From a virus: a stretch of 64,000 nt of DNA. Shown one piece after another: positions 63,278 through 64,000 of this stretch (its first letter is position 1; each line of letters opens with the position of its first letter). The notes below the pieces were generated by a model that searched no databases, was not told the DNA's origin, and was given only the letters and a program-made list of their open reading frames with translations. Location: IMG/VR virus record IMGVR_UViG_3300042867_001113. One strand, 5' to 3'. A program made the translations under genes and the position numbers.

Positions 63278-64000
63278 TCAGGCCAACTCGAAGCCACCGA
63301 TCTCAGGATCTTCTTCGACCGCGAGCGCGATCTCGATACCCTTCGACTTGGCTTCGTACTTCTCCTTCGCGCGGGCGCGGGCGATCAGTTCGACGGCGCG
63401 GCGGTTGATGCCCTGCGTCCTGCCGAACAGCGGGTTCGCCGAGTCACGAGCGTCGAAGCAGGCGTCGATGAGAGCCTTCTTCTCAGAGTCAGTCAGCTCA
63501 CCGTTCTCCAGACCGATCTTCTTCGCGGCGTCGCGGAGAAGCTTCTGGGCGCGAGCTGACTTGTTCAGGAAGTCCTTCACCGAGGGCCCGAGGCCCTTGG
63601 CCGTGAAGGCAATACCTTCGGCGATGTCCTTGTCGGTCAAGGTCTTGATATCAACGCTGCTCGACTTCTTCCCGACCGAGGGCGTCACCTTGTAGAGATC
63701 CCATGCCAGCGCGAGGCTGTAGAACGCTTGACGAGCCTCAGCGAAGGGCCCGTAGATGCCGTCGACAGCGTGCTTCATCTTCAAGCAGGCGGACTCCGTG
63801 TCCAGCGCAGCGCGTTTCGCGACGATGCCACCGTCCGCGAGGGCTGCTTCTTCGGCAAACTTGGCCACCTTCGACGCGGCTTCTTCCAGATCATCCCCGG
63901 ATTTCACCGCCTCGCGGAAGCCGTTCGCTGCTTTGAGCGCATCCCCCGGGATGTCCATACTGGCTCCAGCGTCCTTGACTCCCTTGGACTTCGCAGCCTC
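63278..64000 (-). CDS. hypothetical helical protein, 5' end probably outside the window
   Basis: Frame stays open to base 64000. Confidence 0.6.
   Translation of the reverse strand, partial: EAAKSKGVKDAGASMDIPGDALKAANGFREAVKSGDDLEEAASKVAKFAEEAALADGGIVAKRAALDTESACLKMKHAVDGIYGPFAEARQAFYSLALAWDLYKVTPSVGKKSSSVDIKTLTDKDIAEGIAFTAKGLGPSVKDFLNKSARAQKLLRDAAKKIGLENGELTDSEKKALIDACFDARDSANPLFGRTQGINRRAVELIARARAKEKYEAKSKGIEIALAVEEDPEIGGFELA

Noticed and set aside
148-63936. Many long plus-strand ORFs (e.g. 11485-13047, 24296-25888, 47540-48952)
   Set aside because: They are antisense shadows of real minus-strand genes, as expected in high-GC DNA, and show no recognisable motifs.
1-64000. CRISPR arrays, tRNAs, rRNAs, DGR, integrase, recoded stop codons
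   Set aside because: None were seen by eye; core genes are intact in code 11, with TAG, TGA and TAA all used as stops.

Overview
High-GC (roughly 63-65% by eye) segment of a large T4-like myovirus ('jumbo'-type) genome. Almost every gene is on the minus strand and tightly packed; the standard genetic code fits. In transcription order (right to left): a partial gene; a 1598-aa protein with two tandem PI3/4-kinase/HipA-like kinase domains and a C-terminal ADP-ribosyltransferase-like domain; a zeta-toxin-family kinase; family A DNA polymerase; putative small terminase, large terminase and portal; prohead core protein; protease-scaffold fusion; gp23-like major capsid protein; neck genes split by a homing-endonuclease-like gene; tail terminator, sheath, two tube-like genes, assembly chaperone, tape measure and baseplate/fibre genes. 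These are followed by a ~10-kb cluster of small acidic/basic proteins that look like capsid-internal proteins, plus a Nudix hydrolase, GroES, a DNA methyltransferase and a YkgJ-like Cys-cluster protein. Four signals stand out. (1) A 14-bp quasi-palindrome, GGACCATAYGGNCC, occurs 11 times about every 3-8 kb; a candidate binder, a dead-HNH/tandem-RHH protein, carries a site in its own 5' end. (2) An unannotated -1 frameshift site (G GGA AAC) at the end of the prohead core gene would add a 65-aa polybasic tail that exactly fills the gap to the protease gene. (3) A shared 'MRRLAGI'-like peptide occurs in the scaffold C-terminus and in several orphan proteins with acidic/basic architecture, suggesting a capsid cargo-loading and protease-activation system. 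(4) The kinase-kinase-ART and zeta proteins may be virion-delivered effectors. Family calls come from motif recognition and synteny only; no searches were run.
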